The notes below the pieces were generated by a model that was not told the origin of the DNA, did no database searches, and saw only the letters and a list, made by a program, of their open reading frames with translations. Position numbers and translations under genes: made by a program. Shown piece after piece: positions 28,426 through 42,893 of a DNA stretch of 64,000 nt (position 1 is the first letter of the stretch; each line of letters begins with the position of its first letter). The stretch comes from Eledone cirrhosa. Taxonomy: Eukaryota. The DNA lies in the NCBI GenBank assembly GCA_964016885.1, contig OZ024740.1, positions 260,338,001 through 260,402,000 on the forward strand, written 5' to 3'.

Positions 28426-29171
28426 TGTAGCGCATCTGTCCACGCCTTGAACCTTGGGTGACACCTAAAGGTCAAATTCTAGGTCACCATCCTTTTGGTG
28501 TGAACAGGTTGATGCGTTGGCTATCCCCTCAAGGTGGGAGACAGGAAGCGACAGGTATTTAAAGCCTTTATCATCCCACGGTCACACAGAGTCATTGGAG
28601 CATCCCACTACAGAACAAGCTATGTGAAAGATTCACCACTATCAACAGACCCCAGTGGTCTGCAGAAAGAGAGATAGATGGGAGCTCTACGATACACAAC
28701 AAGCTATGTAATGATTCACCGCTATCAACAGACCCTAGAGGTCTACAGAGATACAGAGAGATCAGAGCCCTACTACTACAGACCCGCTATGTGAAAGATA
28801 TTCCGCTATCTAGAAGCCACAGTGGTCTACAATCAATTACAGACCATTACTATCTCTCACTCACTATGGTCTCAGACTCACGACGAAAACTACTTATGAC
28901 GACTGCAACAAACTTTAACCACCAACAAACTTTATCTCGTCGCTCGCTGTTTTCATATCATCAACAAAATAATATTGTCAACCTTCGCAACTCTTGGTAA
29001 CTGTTTTATTGTACTTTTTAATTGATTCACGTGAAGTAAACCATATATAAACTAAAATCATTTATTCTTATTATTATTGTTACATCAACCATTACATTAC
29101 ATTACAACCATTACATTAACCATGTTAATCCACCTAACAATAACTATTTCTTATTTATACCCTTCGTTAAA
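28426..29171 (+). mobile_element. Probable solo LTR in (TA)n with an internal ~83-bp triplication
   Basis: Starts TGTAGCG and ends CGTTAAA. TATTTAAA at ~28557. Three gctatgt..ccgctatc..ggtctaca-type units at 28610-28830. Confidence 0.45.
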
Positions 29172-29243
29172 TATATATATATGTATATATAATATAATTT
29201 AGAGTTTACACTCAGGGGTCATATATTTATTTATATTAACTTG

Positions 29244-29302
<59 letters not shown>

Positions 29303-29635
29303 AGAACAATTATGTATACTCCAGTCCTACAAACTGTAGAGTGCTTATTATCCGATATCTGCATTGCTTTATTGTACTACAATAAAACTCACCTCCTACA
29401 TATATATATATATACATATATACATATACACACCGAGCAGGGTATAAAGGAAGGGGTAAAAACCTGACTGAAATGTCTAGCGTTTTCAGTTTGTATATAT
29501 ACATGGGCATAAAAACAGACAGATACAGTGAGAGGTGGGGATACAGGCAGGAAGTGAAAGATAAAGACAGATAGATAGATAGGTATGTTGATAAATAGAT
29601 AGATTAGATAAGTATGTTGATAGATAGATGTATGT

Positions 29636-29668
<33 letters not shown>

Positions 29669-30109
29669 TATATATAGAGAGAGAGGTAGGTAGGTAGGTA
29701 GGTAGGAATGTAGATAGGTAGGTAGATAGGATGGAATAATAGGGACCAAGAAATTGGAAACTGGCATCATTAATGGTAGCTGATTCCTGCCCCATAGATG
29801 CTCCCATTTTTTACCAAAATTCCTGCAGAAGGAACAAATTACTGAGAGAATAAGGAGAGAAGAATTGTAGCAAGACAAGAATTGTAGCAAGACAAGAATT
29901 CACAAGACAAAATAATATTGGAAGTAATTGAGAAGAAGAAGGGTAGGGATGAATGTGAGGAGGGTGGGGATGGGGTAAGAGAAAGATTTGTAAGATAATG
30001 GGTAGAGATAGACATGTGGGCAAACAGGGAGAGGAGGAGAGTGTATAAAATGGAATGAAGAAGTTTTATTTGTATATGTATGTATGTATATATGTGTGTA
30101 TGTATATAT

Positions 30110-31910
30110 ATGGTGGTCTTGTACAAGGGAAAGGGTAACAGGAACGATTGTGGGAACTACAGAGGTATATCATTGCTTTCTGTCGTAGGGAAAGTTTTAT
30201 GTAAGGTGCTTCTGGACCGTCTGCTGACACACATTGCAGATTGTGTTCTTCCTGAAAGTCAATCTGGTTTTCGTGCTGGACGCGGCACTACTGATATGAT
30301 CTTCTCAGCTAGGCAGCTCAGGAGAAGTGTATGGAACAAGGCTTGGATCTGTATCAGGTTTTTGTCGATCTGACAAAAGCTTTCGTTACTGTTAACAGAG
30401 ATGCATTATGGAAGGTTCTCCAGAAACTTGGTTGCCCTGATAAGTTCCTTGCTTTAATTAGGTCTTTCCATGACGACATGAAGGCTTGGGTTAATGTCGG
30501 GGGTAACATGTCGGAGCCTATCTCAGTAAAAAAAATGGAGTAAAACAGGGGGATATTCCAGCACCGACCCTGTTTGCCATATACTTTGCAATGGTTTTCT
30601 GTATTGCATTCAGGAATTGCGAGCATGGTGTTTACATCCGATATCGAACCTCAGGCAGCATATTTAACATCAGGCGCTTTGCTGCGAAGACAAAAGTATT
30701 TACATCAATCATAAGAGACCTCTTGTATGCAGATGATTGCGATCTTGTAGCGCACACAGAGAGTGATATGCAGCACATTTTGAATACATTTTCTGACGCT
30801 TGCACTGCCCTAGGTCTGACTGTCAGTCTCAAGAAAACCGTCGTCAGGTACCAACCTGCCCCTGGTAAGCAGTACACTGAACCAAACATCTATGTGTATG
30901 GCAAACGACTTGGAGTGGTTGATCAGTTTGTCTACCTGGGAAGCACTGTCAATCGATACAGCAACCTTGACAGTGAAATCTCACTTAGGATTAGGAAAGC
31001 AAGTGATGCTTTCGGAAAGCTAGAAAGGCGACTCTGGGGTCAGCGAGATATATGCAGGAGGACAAAGGTAAAAGTGTACAGGGCATGTGTGCTCTCTTGT
31101 CTTCTTTATGCCTGCGAGACCTGGGTCACATATCGACACCACCTTAAGCAATTGGAGCGTTTCCATCAGATGTGTCTCAGACGGATCCATGGCGTTCACT
31201 GGAGGGACCACATCAGTGATGTCGAGATTTTGGAAAGCTCTATGTGTGACAGTATAGAAGCTCTTGTGCTTAAGTAACGATTCCGTTGGAGTGGTCACCT
31301 TGCCAGGATGAAGGATTCTAGAATACCAAAACAACTCTTTTATGGAGAGTTGGTTAAAGGAAAACGACCGCCACATAAACCAAAAAAGAGGTATAAGGAT
31401 TCCTTGAAAGCCTCTCTGAAAGACGCTAACATCTCTGCTGATACATGGGAGAATATTGCTGCTGATCGTAATAAATGGAGAAAGACTGTATATGAGGGAA
31501 AAGTTGCCTTTGAGGCATCTCGAATCGCATACGAGAAAGTAAAGCGGGATGTGAGGAAGGGCATTGCTGTTGCACTTCCAGACGGCGAGGGTCCTCCTAT
31601 GGTGCTGACATGCAGCGTATGTGCGAGACTCTGCCTAAGCAAAGCTGGACTCGAAAGTCATCTTCGCAGTCATAAAGTAAGACCAGTGGTGACTACCAGG
31701 CTGCTGTTGGAGATGCTACTCATCATGCTTGCCAAACATGTGGTAGAGAATGTAAATCAGCAGGAGGGCTCAAGCGACATGCAAAAGTACACGAACTCCA
31801 ACCACAGCCGGCTATTCCCAGTGAATGTTTTGGTTGCCGACTCTGTGCAAGACATTTTAGATCATTGGCTGGGCTAAAAAGCCACATTCGATCGCAGCGC
31901 TGTTAGTTGC
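30110..31910 (+). mobile_element. 5'-truncated RTE-clade LINE, frameshifted, with C-terminal C2H2 zinc fingers
   Basis: NYRGISLLSVVGK, FVDLTKAF, LLYADD, LLYACETW, RIPKQLFYGEL, CSVCARLCLSKAGLESHLRSH plus two further finger-like motifs. Confidence 0.95.
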
Positions 31911-32169
31911 TATCGTGTGTGTGTGTGTAGGTATGCTTATGTGTGTGCGTGTGTGTGTATATATATATGTATATGTATATTATTATTGTTGTCGTTATTA
32001 TTATTGTTGTTATGATTATTATTATTATTATTGTTATTAATGTATGTGTGTGTATATGTGTGTGCGAGTGTGTGTGTGTGTATATATGTGTATGTATATG
32101 TATATATATATATATATATATTTCTTTTTTTTTATTTTATTTTTATTTATTTATTATTATTATTATTAC

Positions 32170-34965
32170 AGTTGCATTTATCTTGCTTTATGTTCATACG
32201 AGTTATCACCAAGTCACAACCAGTGACCTCAAGAGACAACAAGGTCCGCCATGTTCAAGAAAGAACACACATATTCACACACGCATCCTTAGTGTTTAGA
32301 CTTGTGATGTACTTATATTGACAGGATCTTCCTTAGTATATGGGCAGTTCTCATTAGTACTATCTTTTGTATTTCTCCTATACGCGGGTTTCCTGGGATT
32401 TGCGATAAGTAGTCGTTAGACCCCTTAGGTATCATTCCCAGAGCGCCTACAACCACTGGTATTGTTTTAGTTCTCAATTTCCACATTTTTCCAATTTCTA
32501 TCTCCAGGTCCTTATACTTGCTCAATTTTTCAAATGTTTTTATAGATACATTCTTGTCTATTGGAACAGACATATCAATTAGCAGGCATACCCTCCTTTG
32601 AAAGTCCTTCAATATTATATCAGGTCTATTTGCATCTATTTTTCGGTCTGTTTGGATGCTAAAGTTCCACAAGATTGAGATGTGATCTTTTTCAAGTATG
32701 GGAGGTGGTTGATGCTCCCACCAATTCTTTTGATGGGGCAGGTCAAAATGCTTACACATTATCCAATGTATGTATTGTGCAGCTCTGTCATGCCTGTTTA
32801 GGTATTCGGTTGGAGCTATAGGACTGCACATTGAAATTATATGGTCAATGATCTCTGGTTGTTTTTTGCATACACGGCTTAATGGGTTGCATCCATTTTT
32901 TATTATGTTGGCTTGGTAATTTTTTGTTGGCAGACACTGATCTTGTGCCGATATAATCAGTCCTTCAGTCTCCGATTTCAGTCCAGAGGATGCCAACCAC
33001 TGATGGGTTAAAGTTTTGTCAACATCAGGATTGTTAGCTCGCTCTGGGTATTTTCCATACAGAGGCTTTTCTTGCCATTTCTTAGCCAGTTTCTGTAGCA
33101 GTTCTTTCTTTGCAGTTACTTTTACCTGCTTTGCTTTTTCTGTGTTTTCCATTTCAGCAGTAAATGGGACTTCTGAAATTTGTAGTCCATTACTGTATCT
33201 TTGTGCATCTTTTGTAATGGAATATGATCTTTTGGTGCTTTCGTGTTTCAAAACGAGTTTGATCATCCAATCATGTGATTCCCTTAGATATGTGGATAAT
33301 CCAATTGTTGCAGTTTTCAACGCAATGTCTAACTGGATTAACCCACGTCGTCCTTCTTTCCTAGGGAGATATATTCTATCTATGTCTGCCTTAGGGTGAT
33401 GCATTCTGTGCATGGTTAAGAATTTTCGGATTTTTGTATCGAGCCTACGGATCTCTGTGCTTGACCAGTTGATGACATTGTAACTGTAGGTTACTACTAG
33501 TATGGCAAGCGTGTTTATGGCATCGATCCTATTCCTTGCATTCAATTCCGTTCTTAAGATTGCTCTGACTCTGCGGTAACATTCCTTCCTTATCCTTTCC
33601 CTTATTGTCGAGTGCTTGATTCCGTCTCCTTCACAAACACCTAGATATTTGTAAGTTTGTTCTTGATCAAGCTCTCTTATCACGTTCCCCCGATCAAGAT
33701 TAATGTCTGAACTCTTCAGCAGCTTTCCTCTGGTGAACGTTGCTTTGGCGCATTTATCCAGTCCAAACTCCATTTTAATGTCATCACTGAACTGCTTCAC
33801 AGTGGATAATAGCCCTTGCAATTGTTCATCATTTTTTTGCAAATAGTTTCAGGTCATCCATGTAGAACAGGTGATTAATGGTTTTGTCATAGACTCTATA
33901 TCCATGTTTTGTTTCATTGAGCATTTTACTTAATGGTATAAGTGCGATGCAGAATAAAAGCGGTGATAAAGAGTCACCCTGAAAAATTCCACAATTAATG
34001 TTAACTTCTCCAGCTTCCAGTGATTTTGTTTCACTATTCAAAAGGAGTGTCGTTCTCCATGTCCTCATACTGAATGACAAAAACCTCCTTACAACGGGGG
34101 ATATTTTGAAAATCTCTAAACATTTTTCAATCCAACTGTGTGGCAAACCATCAAATGCTTTTTTATAATCTATCCAAGCAATCGATAGATTTTTGTGTCT
34201 ATTATGACAATCTTCCAGTATCATTTTGTTAACCAGAAGCTGATCCTTACAGCCATATGAGCCTCGTTTACACCCTTTCTGCTCAATGGGAAATAGGTCA
34301 TTTGTTATCAGGTGGTCATATGTGTATTCAGTTAGGACTGATGTTAAAATTTTATACATTGTGGTCAAGCAAGTTATCGGTCTGTAATTTTTGGGATTGT
34401 TTGTCTCATCATTCTTCGGAAGCAGGAATGTAATGCCGTTAACTAGCCATGATGGTATCTTTTCTGGCTCCTTAACTATTTCATTGTAAAGTTGGGCTAA
34501 CAGCTCATGAGACTCTGTGAAGGCATTTATCCAAAAGTTTTGTATTTTGTCTTTTCCTGGGGATTTCCATTTGCTGGTTTTTCTTAGAGCCAAGCGCAAC
34601 TGTTCAACTGTTATATTTTCCCATGTTTGTTCCTCAAGGTGAGCTGTATCTTTCATTTGTCTGTCTATCCATGGGGCATGTATGTTATGAACTTTTTCTT
34701 CGGCCCAGCTCTTTTCCCAGAATTCTTGCACTTCCTCCTTGGGTGGTATTGATTTAGCAGTTATTGTTGACTTACCAATTTTTCTGTAGAAGTTTCTTTG
34801 GTTGTTTTTGAACATATTATTGTCCTTATAGAATCTAGATCGTTTTTCAAAGCGCCTTATACGAGCAGCTTTGGCCGACACTTTTTGCTTGATTGTTTCT
34901 ATCAGCATGTCTATGTCACATGTTGATCTTATACTGTACTTTTTTTTCAATTTTCTAAGTTTAGT
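32170..34965 (-). mobile_element. Dong/R4-clade non-LTR retrotransposon (RT + restriction-like endonuclease), 5'-truncated, one frameshift
   Basis: ORFs 33829-34950 (NYRPITCL, IDYKKAFD, GIFQGDSLSP, FYMDD) and 32313-33842 (RHD, RPDI, IDMSVP, EKLSKYKDL). Flanked by (TAA)n, the known Dong target. Confidence 0.93.
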
Positions 34966-34993
34966 TTGCTTAACATGTTCACCTACTTTATAG

Positions 34994-35028
<35 letters not shown>

Positions 35029-35106
35029 TTTTTTTTTTTCTTTCTTTCTCCTCGTGCAATGGCCATACTCGATAACGAGGGGGCAGCCATCATGTATATA
35101 TATATA

Positions 35107-35523
35107 TCCGGGAGAGATGACCCCTTAGCCTTTGTCAAGGCAGAATTCGAGGAGAAGGAAAACTCTGATATAACACCTGCAACTCTGATGGTATCCAATG
35201 ATGTTGACTTGTTCTTCTTTTTGGTAAATATCATCTTGGTTAAGAGAGTGGGTCTGGCTTTGTGCAGTGCCTTTGCTCACTATAAAAGCTTCACGGCACA
35301 GGCATTGCTTTATATCTGGAGATCTCTCTGCACTTGTCGTTACATGGTACCATGGGCCCAACACTTTGTGTCAATGATTGTCACAAGTGTAGTGTTTGTA
35401 CCAGAGTTTTCAAGTCGCTGGCTGGACTAAAAAGTCACACTTGTTCAGCGCATCGGTAGGGGTTCTTCTACATGGATATAAAGTAGTGGCCGTACTCGAA
35501 AACGAGTTGGCAGCCACCACCAT
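35107..35523 (+). mobile_element. Bipartite non-autonomous RTE derivative (5'-UTR-like head + zinc-finger 3' end)
   Basis: GGAGAAGGAAA head motif. The 3' part reads KCSVCTRVFKSLAGLKSH, like the RTE end at ~31840-31890. 3' hairpin ctcg-aaaa-cgag; a second 3' stub sits at 35055-35094. Confidence 0.7.
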
Positions 35524-35549
35524 GTGTGTATGTATGTGTATATATATTA

Positions 35550-35653
35550 TAAAGAGTAGGGAAACGGCGTCTGAGCTCTTGCTGTTTCAACAACTAGTTC
35601 TGGAACTAGCTGTTGAAACGGCAAGAGCTCAGCCGTTGGGTCCCAACTCTTTA
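35550..35653. repeat. Fold-back with a half-hammerhead, related to 15404-15548
   Basis: gaaacggcaagagctcagccgttgggtcccaactc versus gaaacggcttgagctcagccgtcggggtccaactc. Confidence 0.75.
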
Positions 35654-35699
35654 CAACATAACCATACACTACTATCCCAAGTATCGGTTACTCTGCTGA

Positions 35700-37205
35700 G
35701 TAATGGTCTAACCAGTTTCAAACTGAATTCATCTTGATTTAACAAACAAGAAAGGACAGAGCCTTAGGGGAAGAGGCGACTGAAAGGTCAAATCAAGGAA
35801 ATAAGAAAAAACACTGGAAAGCTTGAGTCTTTACTAAACAGGACGTTACAAAACATAGACACTAAGGATAGATTAAAAAAATAAAATACAACACTAAGGG
35901 AAAAGAGCTAAATGTTATCATAGAGGAACTTAAGCAACGCGTTATAGCAAAAAGTGTAAAGTTTAAATATGAGAACAGAGTTAGTCAGTATAGAGAGAAC
36001 GGCATGTTTGACAACAACCAGGTGTTATTTGAACAGCTTCGAGGGAAAGAAAGAGGTAACGACGTGATCCCTGAAGATAAATAGACTAAGGCATTCTGGA
36101 GAGGAATATGGGAGAAAAATATTGAACATAATAGTCAAGCAGTGTGGATTGAGACAGTTAAAAAGGACATTAGTGAACAAGCACACTAACAACCTGATTT
36201 GTGTATCACAGCTGAAACTCTTAAAAGGCAGACCAAAAAACTAACCAAGTGGAAATCACCAGACCCAGATGGTGTGCAAGGATATTGGACAAAAATATAA
36301 CATCCATCCACCAAAAACTGACAGCCATGTTCAATGATCAGAGTTCTGGTAATGAAATACCAAATCAATGGTAATGATGATACCAACTATAGGTCTATCA
36401 CATCTCTGTCCATAATGTGAAAACTGCTAACAAGCATTGTGTCTGAGGAAATCTACCATCACCTCCACATAAACAACTTATTGCCAGACGGGAAGAAAGG
36501 ATGCCAAAAGAAGTCCTGTGGTATAAAAGACCTGTTATTTATTGACAAGATGGTAATAAGGAACTGTGAGAGGAGCCATACTGGTCTTGCCATGGGATGG
36601 ATAGACTACAAGAAGGCATTCGATAGGGTTTCTCATTTCAAAAGCCTAGAGATATTCAAGGTGGCAGACAACATCAGACAGCTATTAAGTAATAGTATGA
36701 AGACCTGAGAGACAGAGCTAACATCAGGTGGAGAATCATTGGGAGGCGTGAAGATCGAGAGAGGTATCTTCCAAGGAGATAGTTTGCCTCCTTTATTGTT
36801 TGTCCTTACCCTCATATCCTTGTCCCTCATATTGCGAAAAGTGAGAGCAGAATACAAGCTGCGAAGAGGAGGACTTAAAATCAACCACCTTCTCTTCATG
36901 GACAATCTAAAACTCTTTGAGAAAAGCGAAAAGGAGTTGGATGTACTTGTTAACACTGTCCGTATTTTCAGCAATGATATATGTATGGATATAAGTGTGG
37001 AGTCCTAGTGATGAAGAGAGGTAAATTGAGCAGAAGCAACGGAATACAGGTACCAACGGGTGAGATGATAAAGGAAATCGACTCTGAAGAGGGATAGAGG
37101 TATTTGGGAGTTCTGGAGGTAGATGATACCAAGAACAATAAAATGAAGGAGCTGATAAGATCTTAATACACAAGGAGCGTAAGGAACATTCTAAAATCAC
37201 ATCTA
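35700..37205 (+). mobile_element. Decayed Dong/R4-clade LINE
   Basis: WIDYKKAFDRV, RGIFQGDSLPPLLF and INHLLFMDNLKLF, with many stops. Confidence 0.88.
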
Positions 37206-37229
37206 AATAGCAATTCCACTTTCTATGAC

Positions 37230-39660
37230 CCATCTGATAAATCCTCCGACATTTTTACCCCACGAATTTACCCCACGTCGCTTTGTTTTAACAAACGATC
37301 AGGATTAGCGGCACAGGCTGATGATCAAACAGAGGCACAATTTACAATAGCCAGAACAAAACTTTGAAAGATTCTAGAATGGCATAGCAGGAAACAGAAT
37401 AGAATAGAGACCCAGCAACTGGGGGAAAATCAGCAAATGACTTGCCTAAGCTCATGCAGCGCCCACAAAATGGAGAGATTGTATACTTTTCAACAGACAA
37501 GTCTGGCAGAATGTCAGTTGACAGCCTACCAAACTACACCCAGGTAATGCAACCCCACATCATCAACACAAGAGAGGTAACACCACAAGAACATGAGGAA
37601 AGGGAAAAAACACCAACACTCATATGATAATGCAGCCTAATAAACGGACTGCCAACAACCTCCAGGCTTGGAACAAAGATATACCAACGCGTATGGGCTT
37701 CACAAAGACCACAAGGCAAATAGTGACCCAGTCACAGGACCACCAATACGGCCAATCTGTGGAGCTAACATTACTAGCAACTACAGACTCTCCTACTTCC
37801 TGTCCCTGATCATACGCCCTATCATCGAAATGACTCCAGATATATGCGACAGCACGGAGGACCTCCTCAGCAGAATCAGCGAATGCAACCTGTCTAGGGA
37901 CCTAACAGGCTGTACAATGGGTAGCATGGATGTAGTGTCACTATACCTGATGTGGAATTCCGTGAGATTGATACCAGTGAGCTGAGACTCCTAGTTAAAC
38001 TCACATACAATAAGGAATACTTAGACACATAACTTCAGCAGCCTCTGCCCCCACAAGACCAGAAAAAGGCAGACCACCCACCATTACCTTAATGGCCAAG
38101 AAGACCCACACAGAAAGATGGAGCGGGTGGACCAGAGCCATACGGACTCCCAAAAAACCATGATAAATTAAAGACAATGATCGCACATGCGGTGGGGGTT
38201 AGTATAAAACTAACCCTTAAGGAACATATGTTCAAATTTAATGGCAAAACATATGCCCAAGAGGAGGGGGCAGTCATTGGCGTTAACATTGCAAGTGACA
38301 TAGCTAACCTCTTTATGGTAGGACAGAAAACTTAAGGAACAACTAGACGACAATTTTATAACCCTGACTATGTACTCCCACTACGTAGATGACATAAATA
38401 TCGTAGTAATAACACCCCCACAGGAGAACTGTCAGGAATTAGAGAAGAACACCATGGAAAGCATCCAGCAAACAGCTAACTTCATCCACCAGAGTATTAA
38501 AGTTACTATAGACTACCCAAATAAACACCACAGCCATAGATTACCTGTACTAGACACAGAACTCTGGTTGTAAACTGTTAGTAATAGAACGCAAATCCTC
38601 CATTCGCATTATGCCAAACCTGATCCTCCAAATTCGCATTATGCCAAACCTTATGCCTCCAAATACCTGATCCACCAAAACTCAGCTGTTTCGGACCACA
38701 TAAAAATCAACATACTTAGTAAGAGTGATGAGGAACGTGTCCCGCATGTGCGACCCCAAAGAATTAGAGAGACACATACAAGATAGTTGAAAGACGAGGT
38801 ATTCCCATAAAAACCCTAATTAGCAAAACACACCCATTTCAAAGATCCCCCTGTGCTGATAGGAAAGGCATAGTCTGCACCCTAAGCCCGCAAATTAACT
38901 GCAAAACTAGGAACGTAGTATATAGCATAAGATGTACTGAGGGAGAGTGTAGGAATAAGAATATAACATACATAGGTGAAACAGCCCGTGCATAGGAGAC
39001 AGGATAAGTGAATACTGGCGAGAACTCCAGGATGGGAAAAACTCATCAGTAATCCACCAATATGCCAAAATGGAACATAGGGCCACATTAGAGAACATAG
39101 ATATAAAAATTATATCCACACACAGAAAAGATGCAATGCTCAGACAAATCACAGAGGCAACAAATATAAATGAACTCCAACCAAAATTAAACAGAAAACA
39201 TGAGTGGAATAGCAACATCACAACTAGTAATTAAGGACAAAATGAAGACATACAGCCACATACAAAAAACAAACTAACAAAAGAAATCAGACACACACAG
39301 ATAGAACAAACAACAAACTAGTGACAAATAAACGCATACATGAATAAATAAAAACACATGCGCAAACTAAGCACACAGCACACACCAGACTAAAACAAGA
39401 TGGTGTAGGACAGAACAAAGGGGAGACAAACAAAACAAAACCCTAGTCACTGACAAGCTCACAGAACGTGTGACGAAAGAGATTTGACACTATATAAACA
39501 ACCTTCCGGTTATCGAACCAACCAACCAACCGGACATTTATAATAGATTGAAATGAAAACCAACAGGTGCGTGTGTTTTTATTGGCAACATGACCCTCCA
39601 AAAGTATAACAATATCTGTTTCAACACACGTTTCAGATGAGAAATCTCGCAAAACCAATA
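37230..39660 (+). mobile_element. Decayed Penelope-like element (Neptune-like) with a degenerate 3' hammerhead at 39446-39488
   Basis: TDKSG, YGLHKDHK..PIRPI, MDVVSLY, YVDD, RLPVLD, YIGETAR, RQITEA..LNRKHEW. HHR gtca-CTGACAA-..-GAAA-gaga-TT-tgac. Confidence 0.8.
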
Positions 39661-39671
39661 GAAAAACGAAT

Positions 39672-39756
<85 letters not shown>

Positions 39757-42536
39757 TAGGGTGTTCCAGAATCCCACATTTTACACAAAAGTATTTTTTT
39801 CTTAGCTCCCTATGCATTTTCTCATGCCATTTTGTATATTGTCAATTTATAATGTAATTTTGATTATTTCAGACTAATTTAAGCCTTGCCTAATAGTTGC
39901 AAATTGGCGGAATAATGGCGGAAACCAGTGGGCCTAGTTGTAGCTACTCGCTCCGTTTTTATGATCGAGAAATATGGCTCCTGGGACAATATGTTACATC
40001 CATTTCACCAAACAAAATACCAACAAAGGGGGATGTTCTAAGATATTTCTTCTACCTGAAAGATGGTCCTATGAAACACGAAAAGCATGTGAGCTTCAAT
40101 GGTGCTATTGCGGATAGGCTTGTGATGGAAGTAGTTAGTCAGTGGGAAAAAAGCTGGTGTGGCGACTCAACGAAAAGACAAAGTGAAACTGAAAATTATG
40201 AACATGTACAGTGAATACAGAAATTTACAAAAAAAAAAACAAAGGTTCTAAGTCAAACAAAGAAAAGGAAGCACTATTTATTTCTGAATTGGATTCGTAT
40301 TTCTACATTTCACATACTGATGCTGAAAAGAAAATTTTGAAAGACCGTCTTCGTAATAATGAACAGAAAATGGAAGATGCTACATTTCTCGAAGCCCTGC
40401 GTTGCCAGAAAAAAGTATTTCTGGGTGCTGAAGACAAGGATTACCAGAAAAAGGTATCTTCAAAGTTTAAGCGTGATCAAGTTTCTGTGGCTCGTCAGAG
40501 AACCATAGAAAGCGTTTGTCAGGATCTGTAGCAGGACAACTTCCACGTAATGAACTGAGTGATTCAAGTTCAACTAATGATGAAACTGAAGATGAACAGG
40601 ATCCTGAATTTCAGGCCTCAAACCCACCCAGAGACAGCTTAAAGTCAGAGAAGAAACGAAAAATCCAGCTGGAACTCCAAAAGAATCCATTTCAAAGTCC
40701 AAGCATTTCTCTAATGGCTGATCGTTTAAACCTGACACTGGGCCAGAGAACAGCATTTATGGCATCGATTATTTCTGAGGCTGGGACTGACATAGTCGCC
40801 ACAACTCTCTCCAAGAATCGTAGCAGATGTGCAGCTAAGAAGATTAGAACTGTGGGGGCTGAACGCGTAAAGGAACAATTTGCTGTACCAGACTTTGTTA
40901 CCTTGCATTGGGATGGCAAAATAATTCCTGGTGACCAGGAGAGGCTAGGTGTGCTAGCTGCTGGAACTCCGGACTTCAGAGAAGGTAAACTCTTCGGTGT
41001 TCCCATAATTCCTGATGGCACTGGAGCCACCCAAGCCAAAGCATCATTTGATCTTGTTAAATATTGGAATGTTGATGGGTCTGTGGTGGGCTTGGTCTTT
41101 GACACAACTGCTTCGAATTCTGGATGGAAAAATGGTGCCTGCGTGAAACTAGAAGAGATGCTCAGCAAAAAGATGTTTTATTTTGCTTGTCGGCACCATG
41201 GAGCGTATCTTGTGTGCAGTGTGGCAACAACTATTCGGAGCAATGTCCAGTCCAGACACCCCAGAGTTCAAGGAGTTCAAAAAGATTGGGTGTCACTCAC
41301 GGACAAGACCAACTTTAAAACATTGAACATTGTCGACCGGAGACTCAAGCGTCTGTGTTCTGAGAACATCAAGTTACTCCAATATTTGCTGACATCCGAC
41401 GATGGGAAAATGAGTTCTCTTCCACGGGACGACTACCGAGAATGTGCCGAGTTGATGTTGATCTTGCTTGGTGTCACCCCTCTTCGTGGAATTCATTGGA
41501 TGCTGCCTGGTACACATCATAACGCTCGGTGGATGTCCACAATCATCTATAGTGCAAAGATGTATGCATTTGGTGAGCGACTCAATTATGATCAAGCTAA
41601 AATGGAAAAGTTGCGCCGGATCTGTATGTTCAATGTTCTATTCTACGTGCGATACTGGCTGACAGCAGTCAAGTGTGCTGATGCACCATCCAATGACCTT
41701 CAATTCTACGAGGAGTTGACACAGTACAGTAAGGTTAACAGAGATCTCTCGCAGGCAGCCACTACTGCTCCGAGCAGGCATCTTTCGAACCTGACGGAGG
41801 AAGCCATTCCGCTAGCGCTGTTTTCAAGTCGGGTCCAAGAGTCCGAGAAGAAACAAATAGCCCAACGTCTTGTCAAAACGAAAACGACTGGGCCTCTCGA
41901 CCGTGGTGCTCCAGTATTTCTCGAGTTGAAGTCGTCCAAGAAGCTGCCTCATCTAGTTGGGAGGAAATCAAGGCTTCTGTTCGATCTCCTTGGTCTCGAC
42001 GATACTTGGCTTGAGCTGTCACCTGCAACTTGGTCATCACAAGCGTCATATCAAAATGCCTGGCTGTTGTTCACAATATCAAGGTAGTCAACGATCTGGT
42101 GGAGAGAGCAGTCAAGTTGATAACTGATTTTGTTGCCATCACCAAGAATGTGGAGGAGAAGCAGTGTGTTCTTCAAGTAGTCGAAGCTCATCGTCGCAAG
42201 GTCCCGGATTTCAAAAGAGAAACTCCGAAAAAATATGCTTGGAGTTAACTTAACTGAACTTGTTTCTTCCTTGTACGCCTTTATATTCAAAACTGGTTTA
42301 CTAAATATAATGGATTAATAGAATAAACAATTATTGTATGGTCATATTTGGTTTCACATTTTCATGATTTCATGCAACATAATCACACTTTCCACTATAA
42401 TCACCATGATATCGCCAAGACTCAAAATAATTTATTTTATACAAAATATGTTTTATTTTACCAATTGGGGCATTGATAATGGGAAAATACACAGGGAGCG
42501 TTAGTATTGTGACCTTGCTTTTTATGGCACACTCTA
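39757..42536 (+). mobile_element. hATm-like DNA transposon with frameshifted transposase (39897-42248)
   Basis: Termini TAGGGTGTTCC / GGCACACTCTA. Motifs LHWDGK, FDTTASNSG..GAC, ACRHH, PRDDY, PGTHHNARW, VVNDLVERAVK. TSD unclear. Confidence 0.8.
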
Positions 42537-42669
42537 ATGTGTAATTGTTAGACTGTAAATAAATATCCTTTTTTGTACTGTTGACCATGTCATTCTCCAA
42601 TTTTCAATTTTATATACATATATATATATGTGTACGTATATATGTATATATATGTATTTATGTGTATAT

Positions 42670-42770
<101 letters not shown>

Positions 42771-42788
42771 GCTCCATCATATCCTCAG

Positions 42789-42893
42789 GTCTCTGAGGAT
42801 ATGATAGAGCTAACATGTATTTTAAATTGAGTGGCACTACTTTCAGTGTTTAGCAATTTTTAGACAACTCTATCAGTGAAACAATTGTTAGAC
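42789..42893 (+). ncRNA. Type I hammerhead ribozyme, intact core, 78-nt stem II insert
   Basis: gtct-CTGAGGA-ta-tgatagag...ctctatca-gt-GAAA-caattg-TT-agac, then AATAAA. Short inverted copy at 42771-42788; direct copy of the 3' part at 42543-42612. Confidence 0.78.

Noticed and set aside
40516-42087. 523-aa ORF as a domesticated host gene
   Set aside because: It lies between transposon termini and the transposase is frameshifted on both sides of this ORF.
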